A stretch of 64,000 bases of DNA from Octopus sinensis (lineage: Eukaryota), in contig NC_043025.1 of assembly GCF_006345805.1 (NCBI RefSeq), positions 1,612,001 through 1,676,000 on the forward strand, given 5' to 3'. Positions 14,223 through 26,186 of this stretch are shown here, in pieces (within the stretch, counting starts at the first letter, position 1; every line of letters starts with the position of its first letter). The notes under the pieces are model-generated. The model was not told the origin of the DNA and searched no databases. It was given only the letters and a program-made list of their open reading frames with translations. Made by a program: the position numbers and the translations under genes.

Positions 14223-15025
14223 GCACATGGTCTAGTGGTTAGAGAAGTGGACTCGCGGTTGAGGGATCACCGGTTCGAATCTCAGACCGGACAACGTGTG
14301 TATTCATGAGCAAAACACCTAAGCTCCAAGCGGCTCCGGCAGAAGGTAATGGCGAACTTCTGCTGACTCTTTTGCCACAACTTTCTCTCAATCGTTCCTC
14401 CTGCATCTTGTGGCTCACCTGCGACGGACCGGCGTCCCGTCCCGGTGGGGAACCTATACGCCAAGGAAACCGAGAAACCGGCCCTTACGAGCCATGCATG
14501 GCTTGAGAAGGAACAAACATACTGTGCGTGTGTGTGTGTTTCTGTGTGTACATGTGAGTATATTTATAAACACACTAACCTGTACACTCTTATTTTCAGT
14601 GACATGTAATACTGCTTTCACCACATCTTTACAGCCCGTCTCCACCGCCAGATGGAGAAGACTGTTGCCCTGGGCGTTGCATTTCTCTGCATTGGCCCCT
14701 TTGGAGGCTATCAGCGGCACCACAGTATGCTGCTTGCTGAAAGTAAAAAGAAAAAGATCGCAGACATTGAAATAATAATGGTTGGATGAATTCTAAGAAC
14801 GTTCAGAATACGGGACAAGGAAACTATGCTGGTTCTATGGAGGATGAACCAAGGTCCCAGATGAATCAATATCACAGCAAAAACTCAAATGGGAGCAACT
14901 ATGTTGAACTCCCTCTTTCACCAAAAGGCAATCGCATAAGAATGGCCAAGGAAAAGGGGATTACACTGGCGGCGCTCTAGCATGAACACAGCGTTTGGGC
15001 TGAAGCTTATAAAAGAGTAGAAGAA

Positions 15026-15060
<35 letters not shown>

Positions 15061-18050
15061 ATAAAAAATCTAAAATAGCAACAACTTCAACAAATGGTAA
15101 ATTACCAGAGACGCGTGGCATAGTCGCACATGCACCAAAGATGTCAGACAAGTTCTGAGGGACAGAACTGGAAGCAAAATGAGAAGTGATATCAAGTGAA
15201 GTAGAGAGATAGTTGAGAAACTACTTTTGAACTGAGGATGTTAGCTAGAATGGACGTGTATTTGGGGGCAGTGAGAGTCCCCGAGTTGCTAACAGGTTCA
15301 GGTCAGTGATTAAGGAGTTCATTTCAAAGTGATTCCAAGAATTTAAGGCAAATGAATTTTTAACCCGAGATGGAGTTGAAATTACAGTTAATATTTCATC
15401 GAATGAGTTGAGTATGTTATGGATGTATGGGGTATCATAATCTCTGGGAGGGAGTTTAAAGATTATTACTGCCATAAGAAACTATGGAAACCCTTTTTTC
15501 CTGTTTCAGAACTGAAATAAACATTGCTGGAGGAGAAAAATGTATTCATCTCTCCATAATCAATATTAATAGAAGATATTGAATCGCAGTGGGTCAGTCT
15601 TAAGAACTGTTGGGTCTCAAAGATTATCTCCAAAACAAAAATAATCTGTTTTGACTACAGGTCACCAAAAAAGGATTTTATGATTCCATAATGAAGAGAA
15701 TTCATGGAGAATGTGAGAAAAAAGATGTTGCTGTTTCTTACTATCATGTTGCTGTCGTATTCTTCGGTTATGACGACGAGGGTTCCAATTGATCCATTCA
15801 AAGGAACAGCCTGCTGCTCGTGAAATTAACGTGCAAGTGGCTGAGCACTCCACAGACACGTGTACCCTTAACGTAATTCTCAGGGAGATTCAGTGTGACA
15901 CAGAGTGTTACAAGGTTGGCCCTTTGAAATGTGATTGCTACTCATCTTTGCCAGCTGAGTGGACTGGAGCAACGTGAATTGAACTCACGACCTTACGGGA
16001 ATTGAACTCATCACCATACGATTGTGAGCGGAATGCCCGAAATACTAAGCTACGTGTGTGTGTGTCCTAGAGCAAGACAGTTTATTTCACGTAACTGGCA
16101 AAAATGAATAGTACCTGTGTTTCAAGGGGTCAGCCTTGTCACACTCTGTGTCATGCTGAATCTCCTCGAGAACTACGTTAAGGGAACACGTGTCTGTGGA
16201 GTACTCAGCCACTTGCACATTAATTTCACTACCAAACTGTTCCGTTGATCATATCAGCTGGGACCCTCGTCGTCGTAACCGACGGAGTGCTCCTGTAGTC
16301 GTGTCACACTGGCACTACTCGGGGGCATCTTTGGACATTTAACCTGCCTGGAATTGGAAGTAAACAAAACAGATTTATAGATTCTGGCTAATTCTGAACT
16401 TACCCACTCACAGCATAATGAAATGCTGTACAATCATCTCTGTCCTTCATGTCTAAATCAGACCCGGCTTCTATTAAGGAATTTATCAAATCTATGTTTC
16501 CCGCTTGACAAGCAGCCATCAGATATGTCAGACCCCATGAATTTGTTTCGTTGATCTGAAGGGAAGAAAGTGAAACCGTATGAAATATATTAAAGGAGAA
16601 AGAGAGGAGAAGAGAGAACAAGGAAGATGTTTGGGTGAGAAAAAAAGGGATTTCAAAGAGAAAAAAAAACGGGCAAGAAAGATACACACATCATCATCAT
16701 CATCATCATAGTCATCATTTTGCTTCTGCTTCTCATGCCGACATAAGTTACAGTAGTCTTCATGGTTTCGCTTGTTTGAAGTTATTGTTGATCTAGACGC
16801 GTGGGATGACTACACACACACACACACAAACGCAAACATACACACACTCTCTTTCTCTCTCTCACACACTCACACAAGTGTTCGCTAGAAATAAAGTCAC
16901 AATATTTGAAGAAAATATCTTAAAAAAAGTTAACTAAAAATTATTGAAAATTACGGAAAGCCTTTGTTGGTATTAACGATTGATAGTTTAGTAAAGAGGT
17001 GGACAGAAGAATATTTAGGAGAATCATCGAACTCTACCATTTGATGGTAGACAGTGTCTCATCTGCTGACTACCAGCCTATTATTCTAAAGTCCAATATT
17101 TCAATGGTTAAGAAAAAATCATAAACAACCATCAGCTTTATTCCTTTCGGTATTTTTATCTCTTCCATGATTTGTTGTTTGTTTGTTCCTTCTCGAGCCA
17201 TGCCTGGCTCATAAGGGCCGGTTTCCCGGTTTTATTGGCGTATAGGTTCCCCACCTGGACGGGACGCCGGTCCGTCGCAGGTGAGCTGCAAGATGCCGGA
17301 GGAAAGATTGAGAGAAAGTTGTGGCGAAAGAGTCAGTTGAAGTTTCGCCATTACCTTCTGTCGGAGCCTCGTGGAGCTTAGGTGTTTTCCTCATAAACAC
17401 ACACATCGCCCGGTCTGAGATTCGAAGGCGCGATCCCTCGACCGCGAGTCCGCTGCTCTAACAACTAGGCCATGTGCCTCCAGTCTTCAATGATTAGAAG
17501 AAGTACAATACTATAAAGCCAGATCAAGTGAGGATTTGATTTCTATGTGATACATTAGTATTTCCATGTGTTTGACAACTTCTGCAAAAGAAATGGTGTA
17601 GCCCTTGATGTCCGTAAAACCTTCAACCGTTTATAGCAAGAGAACGTCATGACAAAGTCACGATCCATCTACTGGCTGCATCTGTCCCTCATCTCTTGGA
17701 CGACTGAATATTTCCTGCCAGAATACTCCGTTGCAGTGTGTGATGACAGGCTTCTCTCTCACTCACATTCCATCAACTCTGACATGCTTCATGATTGGGT
17801 TAAATATTTATAAAATCTAATGATAATGAGGATTAGAAGAAAGTTGTGGAGAAAGAAATGAAATATCAGGGACGAATACACGTGGTTACTTAGGAACATT
17901 TAATATTCTGTATGAAATATCAATCAAATAAGTAACTTTGAGAAGGCAATAAAAGGAACAACTTACCTTATGTGAATTTTTACGAATAAATCCTTTAAAA
18001 TATTGAATGTCACTAAGCATAATTTTACTTATATTCTTATCAAAGGCCAT
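315..18050 (-). CDS. Ankyrin-repeat + RING-finger protein, putative E3 ubiquitin ligase (MIB-like C-terminal architecture), about 574 aa, 10 coding exons
   Basis: Exons (minus): 18050-17967, 16555-16404, 14736-14580, 12526-11946, 9917-9881, 8892-8683, 7463-7288, 5929-5787, 2554-2483, 427-315. All introns are GT-AG with matching phases; 1725 nt open frame; about 11-12 ankyrin repeats (TPLHWAC-type) followed by a C3HC4 RING. Confidence 0.85.
796..2405. repeat. Tandem satellite, 100-bp unit, 16 copies
   Basis: The unit ctaaactcagtggatatgttacaaaatttcagcaatgtct...acctgtttat recurs at 801, 901 ... 2301 with few substitutions; the last unit has a short internal duplication. Confidence 0.98.
2483..2554 (-). 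CDS. 72-nt symmetric (phase 1-1) exon of the ANK-RING gene ([24 protein letters not shown])
   Basis: Acceptor ctatttatttcag, donor gtgagt; open in the frame set by the RING exon. Confidence 0.65.
2690..2900 (+). mobile_element. Non-LTR retrotransposon fragment, restriction-like endonuclease domain (R2-group, NeSL/Hero-like)
   Basis: Translation [19 protein letters not shown]...[11 protein letters not shown] matches the IIELTVPWE...KY..L...C...GW pattern. Confidence 0.65.
3981..4372 (+). mobile_element. tRNA-derived SINE, family A (internal TA/TG microsatellite)
   Basis: Head ggcataggagtggctatgtggtaagtagc...ggttcagtccc; near-identical copies at 23648-24176 and 26385-26823. Confidence 0.85.
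4375..4650 (+). mobile_element. RTE-type LINE 3' fragment
   Basis: Degenerate translation [33 protein letters not shown]...[12 protein letters not shown] is typical of the RTE C-terminus. Confidence 0.6.
5170..5472 (-). mobile_element. tRNA-derived SINE, family B
   Basis: tRNA-like head on the minus strand; 14-bp target-site duplication cactgtaaaaactt at 5156-5169 and 5473-5486; homologs at 14221-14520 and 17173-17483. Confidence 0.9.
5787..5929 (-). CDS. RING-finger (C3HC4) exon of the ANK-RING gene
   Basis: [37 protein letters not shown]; acceptor ttccacag, donor gtaaga. Confidence 0.92.
7288..7463 (-). CDS. ANK-RING gene exon (linker and degenerate last ankyrin repeat)
   Basis: [58 protein letters not shown]; phase 0-2, GT-AG. 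Confidence 0.85.
8683..8892 (-). CDS. ANK-RING gene ankyrin exon
   Basis: [56 protein letters not shown]...; donor gtaagt. Confidence 0.9.
9246..9768 (-). mobile_element. Composite family-B-related SINE
   Basis: tRNA-like head at 9768, duplicated body segment, 12-bp TSD tgatgttgctgt at 9234-9245 and 9769-9780. Confidence 0.85.
9881..9917 (-). CDS. 37-nt micro-exon completing an ankyrin repeat ([12 protein letters not shown])
   Basis: Acceptor aactttcag, donor gttagt; phase 2-0 bridges the flanking exons exactly and restores the ankyrin second helix. Confidence 0.85.
10030..10280. repeat. (TACA)n microsatellite
   Basis: Direct inspection. Confidence 0.95.
10330..10562 (-). mobile_element. 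tRNA-derived SINE, family C (central gcctttcatcctttcggggtcgataaattaagtaccag box, Nin/Deu-like)
   Basis: Matches copies at 13323-13553, 35722-35925, 36950-37622, 42785-43335 and 56677-56885. Confidence 0.85.
10585..10629 (+). ncRNA. Minimal type I hammerhead ribozyme motif
   Basis: cgtacg-CTGATGA-c-GGGT gaag ACCC-a-GAAA-C tgca G-TC-cgtgcg: canonical core, 6-bp stem I, palindromic stem III loop. Confidence 0.7.
10942..11114. repeat. Palindrome, about 73-bp arms with about 25-bp spacer
   Basis: atatatcaagctaaggtta...catttaa pairs with ttaaatg...taaccttagcttgatatat. Confidence 0.9.
11946..12526 (-). CDS. Large ankyrin exon (6 repeats) of the ANK-RING gene
   Basis: [16 protein letters not shown]...NTPLHWAC...[11 protein letters not shown]; acceptor gcttttcag, donor gtaggt. 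Confidence 0.95.
12850..13035 (-). mobile_element. Short TA-flanked repeat with a hammerhead-like variant (probable Penelope pLTR remnant)
   Basis: Reverse complement of 29865-30025; contains ctttCTGTAGAAGAGCGTAGGCACGAAACGTA. Confidence 0.55.
13323..13553 (-). mobile_element. SINE family C
   Basis: Near-identical to 10330-10562. Confidence 0.85.
14221..14520 (+). mobile_element. SINE family B
   Basis: Reverse complement of the copies at 5170-5472 and 17173-17483. Confidence 0.85.
14580..14736 (-). CDS. ANK-RING gene ankyrin exon
   Basis: [52 protein letters not shown]; phase 2-0. Confidence 0.9.
15765..16290. mobile_element. Two family-D-related SINEs in head-to-head inverted orientation
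   Basis: 15765-15978 (minus) and about 16060-16290 (plus) are diverged reverse complements; a third copy lies at 18830-19000. Confidence 0.8.
16404..16555 (-). CDS. ANK-RING gene ankyrin exon
   Basis: [50 protein letters not shown]; phase 0-2. Confidence 0.9.
17060..17800 (+). mobile_element. Highly degenerate LINE reverse-transcriptase fragment interrupted by a SINE
   Basis: Remnant motifs [14 protein letters not shown] (cf. NYRPISL.S.ISK), [11 protein letters not shown] (cf. LDISKAFDRV) and SINSDMLH (cf. INSGVPQG). Confidence 0.5.
17173..17483 (-). mobile_element. SINE family B
   Basis: Homologous to 5170-5472; TSD tcttc(c/a)atgatt on both sides. Confidence 0.9.
17967..18050 (-). CDS. 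Probable first coding exon of the ANK-RING gene ([28 protein letters not shown])
   Basis: ATG at 18050, donor gtaagt in phase 0; an acceptor at 18070 implies a further upstream exon. Confidence 0.7.
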
Positions 18051-18829
18051 GTCTTTTAAATGAAATTTGCTAGAAAAAGAAAGAAATTAATATAGTTCCT
18101 AAAAAACTTATAGAATGAGGTAAACAACAATATACAAAAGAGATTGTTTCAAAAACTTGCGTAAGTTAACATAAATATTGGAAAATTCAGTTTCTCTAAA
18201 GTATTTTATAACTGAATGTTCTTCCTGGCACTAATAAGACCAACAATAGTCACCATGTTTTGTCTCTTGGTCAGCTACATTACTCTGCTTATTACAGAAT
18301 GAATGGTGACAAGTAAACCCTGAATATTAAAAAGTATAATCCGTTTATAGATCTGCTAGATGGAGACACTGTACACGGCATGAGTTGGACAGTTTAACAG
18401 GAACTGGTAAGTCAATGCAATGGTATCCAGTTCGCACATATGTACAACACTCGATGCCGAATACACAAGTGTGTGAGTAACAGATATATAAATATGTGTA
18501 CCGTGTATATATGTTGTACGCGCCAGCTTAATTCAGTTCGTCCCCAGTCGAAAGACACCTGTTGTTATTTTTATTATTTTTATTGTCTTTATATTGTTTT
18601 ATTGTATTTATATTTGTGTAACATTGTCTGTGTTTCCGTTACTAATGTATATATATATATATAAACATACAATTTCCATCAGTGAATTTGTGAGTACTTA
18701 CAGTTGAATTAAAATATTTAGTATATTTCCTGACCTCGTATTTTGCTTCTTTTCTTTTCTTTCTCCTCGTTGCTGTACCCTCACTTTCTCTACAACTGTT
18801 TACACACGCACCCACACATTCATATGGCG

Positions 18830-19165
18830 GAACTCCGTCGGTTGCGACGACGAGGGTTCCAGTTTATCTGATCAACGGAACAGCCTGCTCGTGAAATTAA
18901 CATGCAAGTGGCTGAGCACTCCACAGACACGTGCACCCTTAACGTAGTTCTCGGGAGAGTCAGCTTGACAAGGCTGGCGTTTGGAAATACAGGTACAACA
19001 GAAAGAGTGAGAGAAAGTTGTGGTGAAAAAGTACAGCAGGGTTCGCCACCATCCCCTGCCAGAACCTCGTGGAGCTTTAGGTGTTTTCGCTCAATAAACA
19101 CTCACAATGCCCAGTCTGGGAATCGAAACTGTGATCCTAAAACCACTGGGTCATTGCGCTTCCAC
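18830..19165 (-). mobile_element. Chimeric SINE: family-B head with family-D-related 3' half
   Basis: 19000-19165 matches the head at 9600-9768; 18830-19000 matches 15765-15940. Confidence 0.75.
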
Positions 19166-19234
19166 TTGTATTCATATCATAAATATATGAATGTATTTCC
19201 ATCACTGCGCATAGCGTGTTTGCATAAGTATCGA

Positions 19235-20620
<1,386 letters not shown>

Positions 20621-20851
20621 TATCAGCAGCAGCAGCCTGTAACGTCCGTTTTCCATGCTGGCATGGGTTGGATAGCTTGAGAGGAAGTGCCAAGTCAGGA
20701 GCGACACATGCTTCCATGTTCTGTTTTGACTTGGTTTATATATATGACTCGCAGCAGAAATATTTGCAGATCTTGACGAAGGAAGATGTAATTAACTGTA
20801 TCATAAAACTCGGCTGTGCAAATCTCTGTTATCCTGATCTTTATTAATTTC

Positions 20852-21010
20852 ATAGAGTGGTTGTATACTGTCAACTTAACGTGAAAGTCCCGTAAAGGGA
20901 ATTACACCACCGCTATTTAGCCCTAGGAAGCATCGACGCTTCCTGTCAGCTTTGACACATTTCCCTTTACGGGACTGTCCCGTTAAGTTCACAGTATACA
21001 ACCACTCTAT
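20852..21010. repeat. Palindrome, about 50-bp arms, internal aggaagc-gcttcct hairpin
   Basis: atagagtggttgtatactg...cccgtaaagggaa pairs with ttccctttacggga...cagtatacaaccactctat. Confidence 0.85.
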
Positions 21011-21202
21011 CGCTCCAACACAGCTGATGTCTGTCTGAGGCATTTAGAAATTCTATATTTCTAATAATATTAAGTTTATATATTGTATAAAAGATCGTGG
21101 GTTAGGCCAAAACAATGCGATATATATATTATGAAATATCTTTTATACCCACAATCTTTTACACAATATATTCAGCACAATTTTTCATAGTAACTATTCC
21201 AT

Positions 21203-21283
<81 letters not shown>

Positions 21284-21515
21284 ATATATATATTAGTAAG
21301 GAAAGGCAAAAAAATAGGCAATGCATAATAAGGAAATTTAATTACATTTAATTCAATCTAAATTTAGCGACACGGTGTGCGGTAGACATTTTGGTGGCAC
21401 TCTTATTTGGGCACTCAGAATGCATAATTACGTGTTTGAGTCATCCTGACGAAAACACTTCATATCTTCTCTCTCACCCTCTTCCTCTCTCTTCCTCTTC
21501 CTTCCTCTCTCTCTT

Positions 21516-21582
<67 letters not shown>

Positions 21583-21627
21583 GTCTCTACACGCACACAC
21601 ACACACATATGTATATATATATATATA

Positions 21628-21882
21628 TAGTAATGCCTCGATATACGAGTTAATTTGTTCCCAGAGACTGCTCATAAAGGGAAAACTCGTAAAGCAGAGC
21701 AACAATTTCTCATAGTAGCAATATTATAAATCATAATCCATTCCCAGAAAAAATATTTTACCAATAAAATTCATAATACTCGTAAATAAACGGCAATAAA
21801 ACAAGAGTAGAATGTAAAGAATATTTTATGCAAATTAAAAAGAATGTCAAGATCATTTATGATAAAAATATTATTATTATTA

Positions 21883-21933
<51 letters not shown>

Positions 21934-22276
21934 TATTATTATTATTGTTGTTGTTGTTGTTTTCTGAACAACTTTCACTCACACTATACTCATGAACACC
22001 ATCACTTGTAAGCACAATCACCCAATTCACAAGTACTCATAGACGGACTTGTAGATCTCTTTAAAACAAAAAAAAAAAATCAAGTCTAGAGTTGTTTGCT
22101 TAAGAGAAGCTTTTTCCCGCTCTCTATAAATGCATTCGTAACACTGAGAAGCATCTGTTATGGCAGCAGAAAGTTCTTTGCACTTCGTCGGAAGATTGGA
22201 TCTTGCGCTTGAAAGATAGAACTCGTTAACCCAGTGTCTTGTAGAGCGGGTCCTTGTAAAGTGAGGCATTACAGTA
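21628..22276 (-). mobile_element. pogo/Tigger-like DNA transposon deletion derivative
   Basis: Terminal inverted repeats tagtaatgcctcgatatacgag / cttgtaaagtgaggcattacagta; internal remnant QCYECIYREREKASLKQTTLD resembles a pogo C-terminus. Confidence 0.6.
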
Positions 22277-22314
22277 CATGCATACATACATACATAAATA
22301 CATACATACATACA

Positions 22315-22347
<33 letters not shown>

Positions 22348-22371
22348 GTATGTGAGTATGTGTGTGTGTAA

Positions 22372-22449
<78 letters not shown>

Positions 22450-22486
22450 TATATATATAAAATTGAATAAGGGTAGAAATTGATCG

Positions 22487-22822
22487 GAGACCCCCTTCGG
22501 TCACGACACAGACCATGGGATTGCACCTAGAAAGTTACCCTCCTAGACACAAGTCCGGGCGAGGTTGTTTATGGAAGACCAGCAGTCGCCCATGCATACC
22601 AGCCTCCCCTCTCCACGCCACCAGTGTTATCCAAGGGAAAGACAAAGCTCGATACAGCTTGGCACCAGTGACGTCGCAACTCATTTCTACATCTGAGTGA
22701 ACTGGAGCAACGTGAAATAAAGTGTCTTGCTCAAGAACACAACACGTAACCCGGTCCGGGATTCGAGCTCACAACCTCACGATCGTAAGCTCGACGCTCC
22801 AACCACTGAGCCATGCGCCTTC
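22487..22822 (-). mobile_element. tRNA-derived SINE, family D (CORE-like central box)
   Basis: tRNA-like head at 22822; homolog on the plus strand at 47827-48100. Confidence 0.85.
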
Positions 22823-22895
22823 ACTATTGATATTAATAAATTTAAAACCAGTGGCCTCGCATATTAAAAAAATCAGAAGATTAAAATATTTACAC

Positions 22896-23069
22896 ATACA
22901 AAATTTAAAGGACTGACCACTAAAAGTGGACGGTCAATATGCTAGATATAGACGTCAAAACTTTGGTTTTTTCTTGAGAACACATTCTTCGTGGAAAATA
23001 GCGATTTTGACGTCTATATCTAGCATGTTGACCGTCCACTTTTAGTGGTCAGTCCTTTAAATTTTGTAT
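22896..23069. repeat. Near-perfect palindrome, 65-bp arms
   Basis: 22896-22960 is the reverse complement of 23005-23069 with one mismatch. Confidence 0.92.
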
Positions 23070-23079
23070 ATATATATAT

Positions 23080-23404
23080 ATATATTTAGTGAAGGGAAGA
23101 AATGGAGCCGAACGAAGATTCTACAAAATTCCTTTTTATTATTTTCTACACATGTTTCAAAGGCTGCAAAGTTTTGTGCCATTTTTACCATGGGCTCCTA
23201 GGGAGCGTTTTGTTCGAAAAGCTTGCTGCGCATTTGTTTTGAGATTTTAAATTCCTGGATTTTCCTGAAGAGAAAGCTGCAGAATGGTCTCCTATTCAAT
23301 CCGAATTTGGGAATTTGCAGCCTTTGAAACATGTGTAGAAAATAATAAAAAGGAATTTTGTAGAATCTTCGTTCGGCTCCATTTCTTCCCTTCACTAAAT
23401 ATAT
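23080..23404. repeat. Inverted repeat, about 90-bp arms, TA-flanked
   Basis: 23080-23170 is the reverse complement of 23314-23404. Confidence 0.92.
23259..23343 (+). ncRNA. Type I hammerhead ribozyme motif with long stem II
   Basis: attttc-CTGAAGA-[GAAAGCTGCA...TGCAGCCTTT]-GAAA-CA tg TG-TA-gaaaat: canonical core, perfect 6-bp stem I. Confidence 0.75.
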
Positions 23405-23566
23405 AAAACTTCAATTATCCGCGCTAAAGCACGGGGGCGAAACTCCATGGTCGTAACCGCAACCGTGTCTTTTCTGGTTTGATTTTTGCTACACAGGTAT
23501 CGGTTAAATTTTGAATAATCCGTAACAAGATACTTCATTTATCCATTTCATTAAATATATATATAT

Positions 23567-23603
<37 letters not shown>

Positions 23604-23647
23604 GGAGGCGCAATGGCCCAATGGTTAGGGCAGCGGTCGTAGGATCA

Positions 23648-23780
23648 CGAGTGGCTGTGTGGTGAGTAGTTTGCTTACTAACCACATGGTTCCGGCTCAG
23701 TCTCACTGCGTGCCACCTTGGGCAAAGCCTTGCGAGTAGATTTGGTAGACGGAAACTGAAAGAAGCCCGTCGTATATATG

Positions 23781-23815
<35 letters not shown>

Positions 23816-24176
23816 GAGTGTGTGTTTGTATGTATGTATGTATGTATGTATGTATGTATGTATGTATGTATGTATGTGTGTGTGTGTATGTGTGTGTGTA
23901 TGTGTGTGTATGTATGTATGTATGTATGTATGTATCTGTATGTGTGTATGTATGTATGTATGTATGTATGTATGTGTGTGTGTATATATGTTTGTGTGTC
24001 TGTGTTTGTCCCCCCAACATCGCTTAACAACCGATGCTTGTGTGTTTACTTCCCTGTAACTCATCGGTTCGGCAAAAGAGACCGATACAATAAATACTAG
24101 GCTTACTCGACAAATGGCGGTGCTCCAGCATGGCCACAGTCGAACGACTGAAACAAGTAAAAGAGTAAAAGAGAGT
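23648..24176 (+). mobile_element. SINE family A with expanded (TATG)n, preceded by a family-B head (23604-23648)
   Basis: Homology to 3981-4372. Confidence 0.85.
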
Positions 24177-24185
24177 AATACTTAC

Positions 24186-24310
24186 CAGAGTTAATAATTA
24201 GGTTTCGATTCCAGTCTGAGATCTTTCTGTGTGTGGAAAGTTCAGCTTGTTGAAACAACCACTTCAATGCATTTGAGTGACAATAACCGCGAAGTTTATA
24301 ATATACTATA
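24186..24310 (-). promoter_or_regulatory. Candidate TATA-like promoter and non-coding first exon of the ANK-RING gene
   Basis: Minus strand: tatattataaa followed about 100 nt later by a strong donor ctg|gtaagta at 24185; the acceptor at 18070 needs an upstream exon. Confidence 0.35.
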
Positions 24311-24333
24311 TACAGGAGTGGTTATCATCTCCG

Positions 24334-24369
<36 letters not shown>

Positions 24370-24759
24370 CGTGTGCCTTCAAGCGTAAATATATCTGTGT
24401 GTAATGAAAACTTAGCACACGATCTATTATGTTATTTGGTGAGGTGAACAAATGAAAAAACCTTGACACCAATTATTGCAAGGAGTGTCAAACAGGTATG
24501 TCTATACTTTGTGTCTGTATGTGCGCTCATAGTAATGAATGTACGTATATATATATATAAGTATGTGTGCGTTTTTGAGTGTGCAAGGTTTCTACTGCTG
24601 GTGGAGACTCTAAAATACTTGGAAACACACTCACACACACGTGCACACATACACACATACACACACACACAGAGGCACACACGGCTCGTGCGTGCACGTA
24701 TAAATACAGATAGTTATGTGTGTATAGATATCAATATATATGTGAGCAAATATATATAT

Positions 24760-25160
24760 ATATGTGTGTGTATGTATGTATGTATGAATGTATGTATGTA
24801 TGTGTGTATGTATGAATGTATGTATGTATTATGTATGTATGTTTGCATGTATGTATGTAGTATGTATGTATGCATGTATGTATGTAAGTATGTATGTATG
24901 TATGTATGTATGTATGTATGAATGTATGTATGTATGTATGTACGTATGAATGTATGTATGTATGTATGTATGTATGTATGTATGTATGTATGCATGTATG
25001 CATGTATGTATGTATGTAAGTATGTATGTATGTATGTATGTATGTATGTATGTGTGTATGTATGTATGTATGCATGCATGTATGTATGTAAGTATGTATG
25101 TATGTATGTATGTATGTATGTATGTATGTATGTATGTATGTATGTATGTATGTATATGTG
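24760..25160. repeat. (TATG)n microsatellite
   Basis: Direct inspection. Confidence 0.95.
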
Positions 25161-25360
25161 TGTGTGTCTCTGTGTGTTACATATTCATATCTTGATACTG
25201 AGAGGACTAAGATCCCTGTTGATAGGCCGCTGGTATTTATAGTGTTAAACACTTTTGGTATGCAAATTAGGGAAGCCTTCATAGAGTAACTGCTGCATTT
25301 GTTGAGTATATAAACAGTTTGGTTGCTTCGTTTTGCGGAAATTGCCAAAATGATGGGGAC

Positions 25361-25403
25361 GCCTCTGATGAGAACCCAATTAGATTCGAAAATCGATTAA
25401 GGT
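25361..25403 (+). ncRNA. Minimal type I hammerhead ribozyme motif
   Basis: gcct-CTGATGA-GAA...TTC-GAAA-A tcga T-TA-aggt: canonical core, palindromic stem III loop. Confidence 0.6.
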
Positions 25404-25790
25404 TGTTCATTGATTTTCAGTCTGTGGAGAAATGGCTGAAATTTGCCCCGTTTATAATTGTTACATATGTATATACATGGAGGGGTCTTCCGTCGAAGAC
25501 GACGAATGACCCTTCAGCTTTTGCCGAACGACCTGCAGAAATGAATTGTTTAGAGTGATGAAATTTTCGTGCTTCACATTAACTCACTTTGTCCATCAAA
25601 TCATTGTTTTGTTCTGCACTATTATGTTTGACCTTGATGTTCATATGTAGTTGGTTAATAAATTATGTGATTGGGTATTATCTGGTGGTTGATTATTGAT
25701 TAAGGTGTATTTCTCCATTTTCTTATTTTATATGTATATATATATATATATAATATATATATATATATATAATATATATATTATATATAT

Positions 25791-25832
<42 letters not shown>

Positions 25833-26126
25833 CACGCTGGGCTTCTTACTGTTTCTATCTACCAGATACACTCACAAGCCTTTGGTGGTTTCCAGGTTAC
25901 AGTAGAAGGACAATTGGTGGCTTAGAGTTTTTAACTGCTCTTTCTAGCGAGTCAGATATCCTATTCTTCGGGTATCTCTTTTGTGTTTGAACGTACACTG
26001 TATTCTTCTTTGAATGATATATAGTCTATTGACAATTTTTTTCTTTCTCGTTAGACCACTGGTAACCAACAATTTTTCGATGAATATTCTTGTTTACCCT
26101 AAGATTTTAATTAATGATAAAATGGT

Positions 26127-26186
<60 letters not shown>

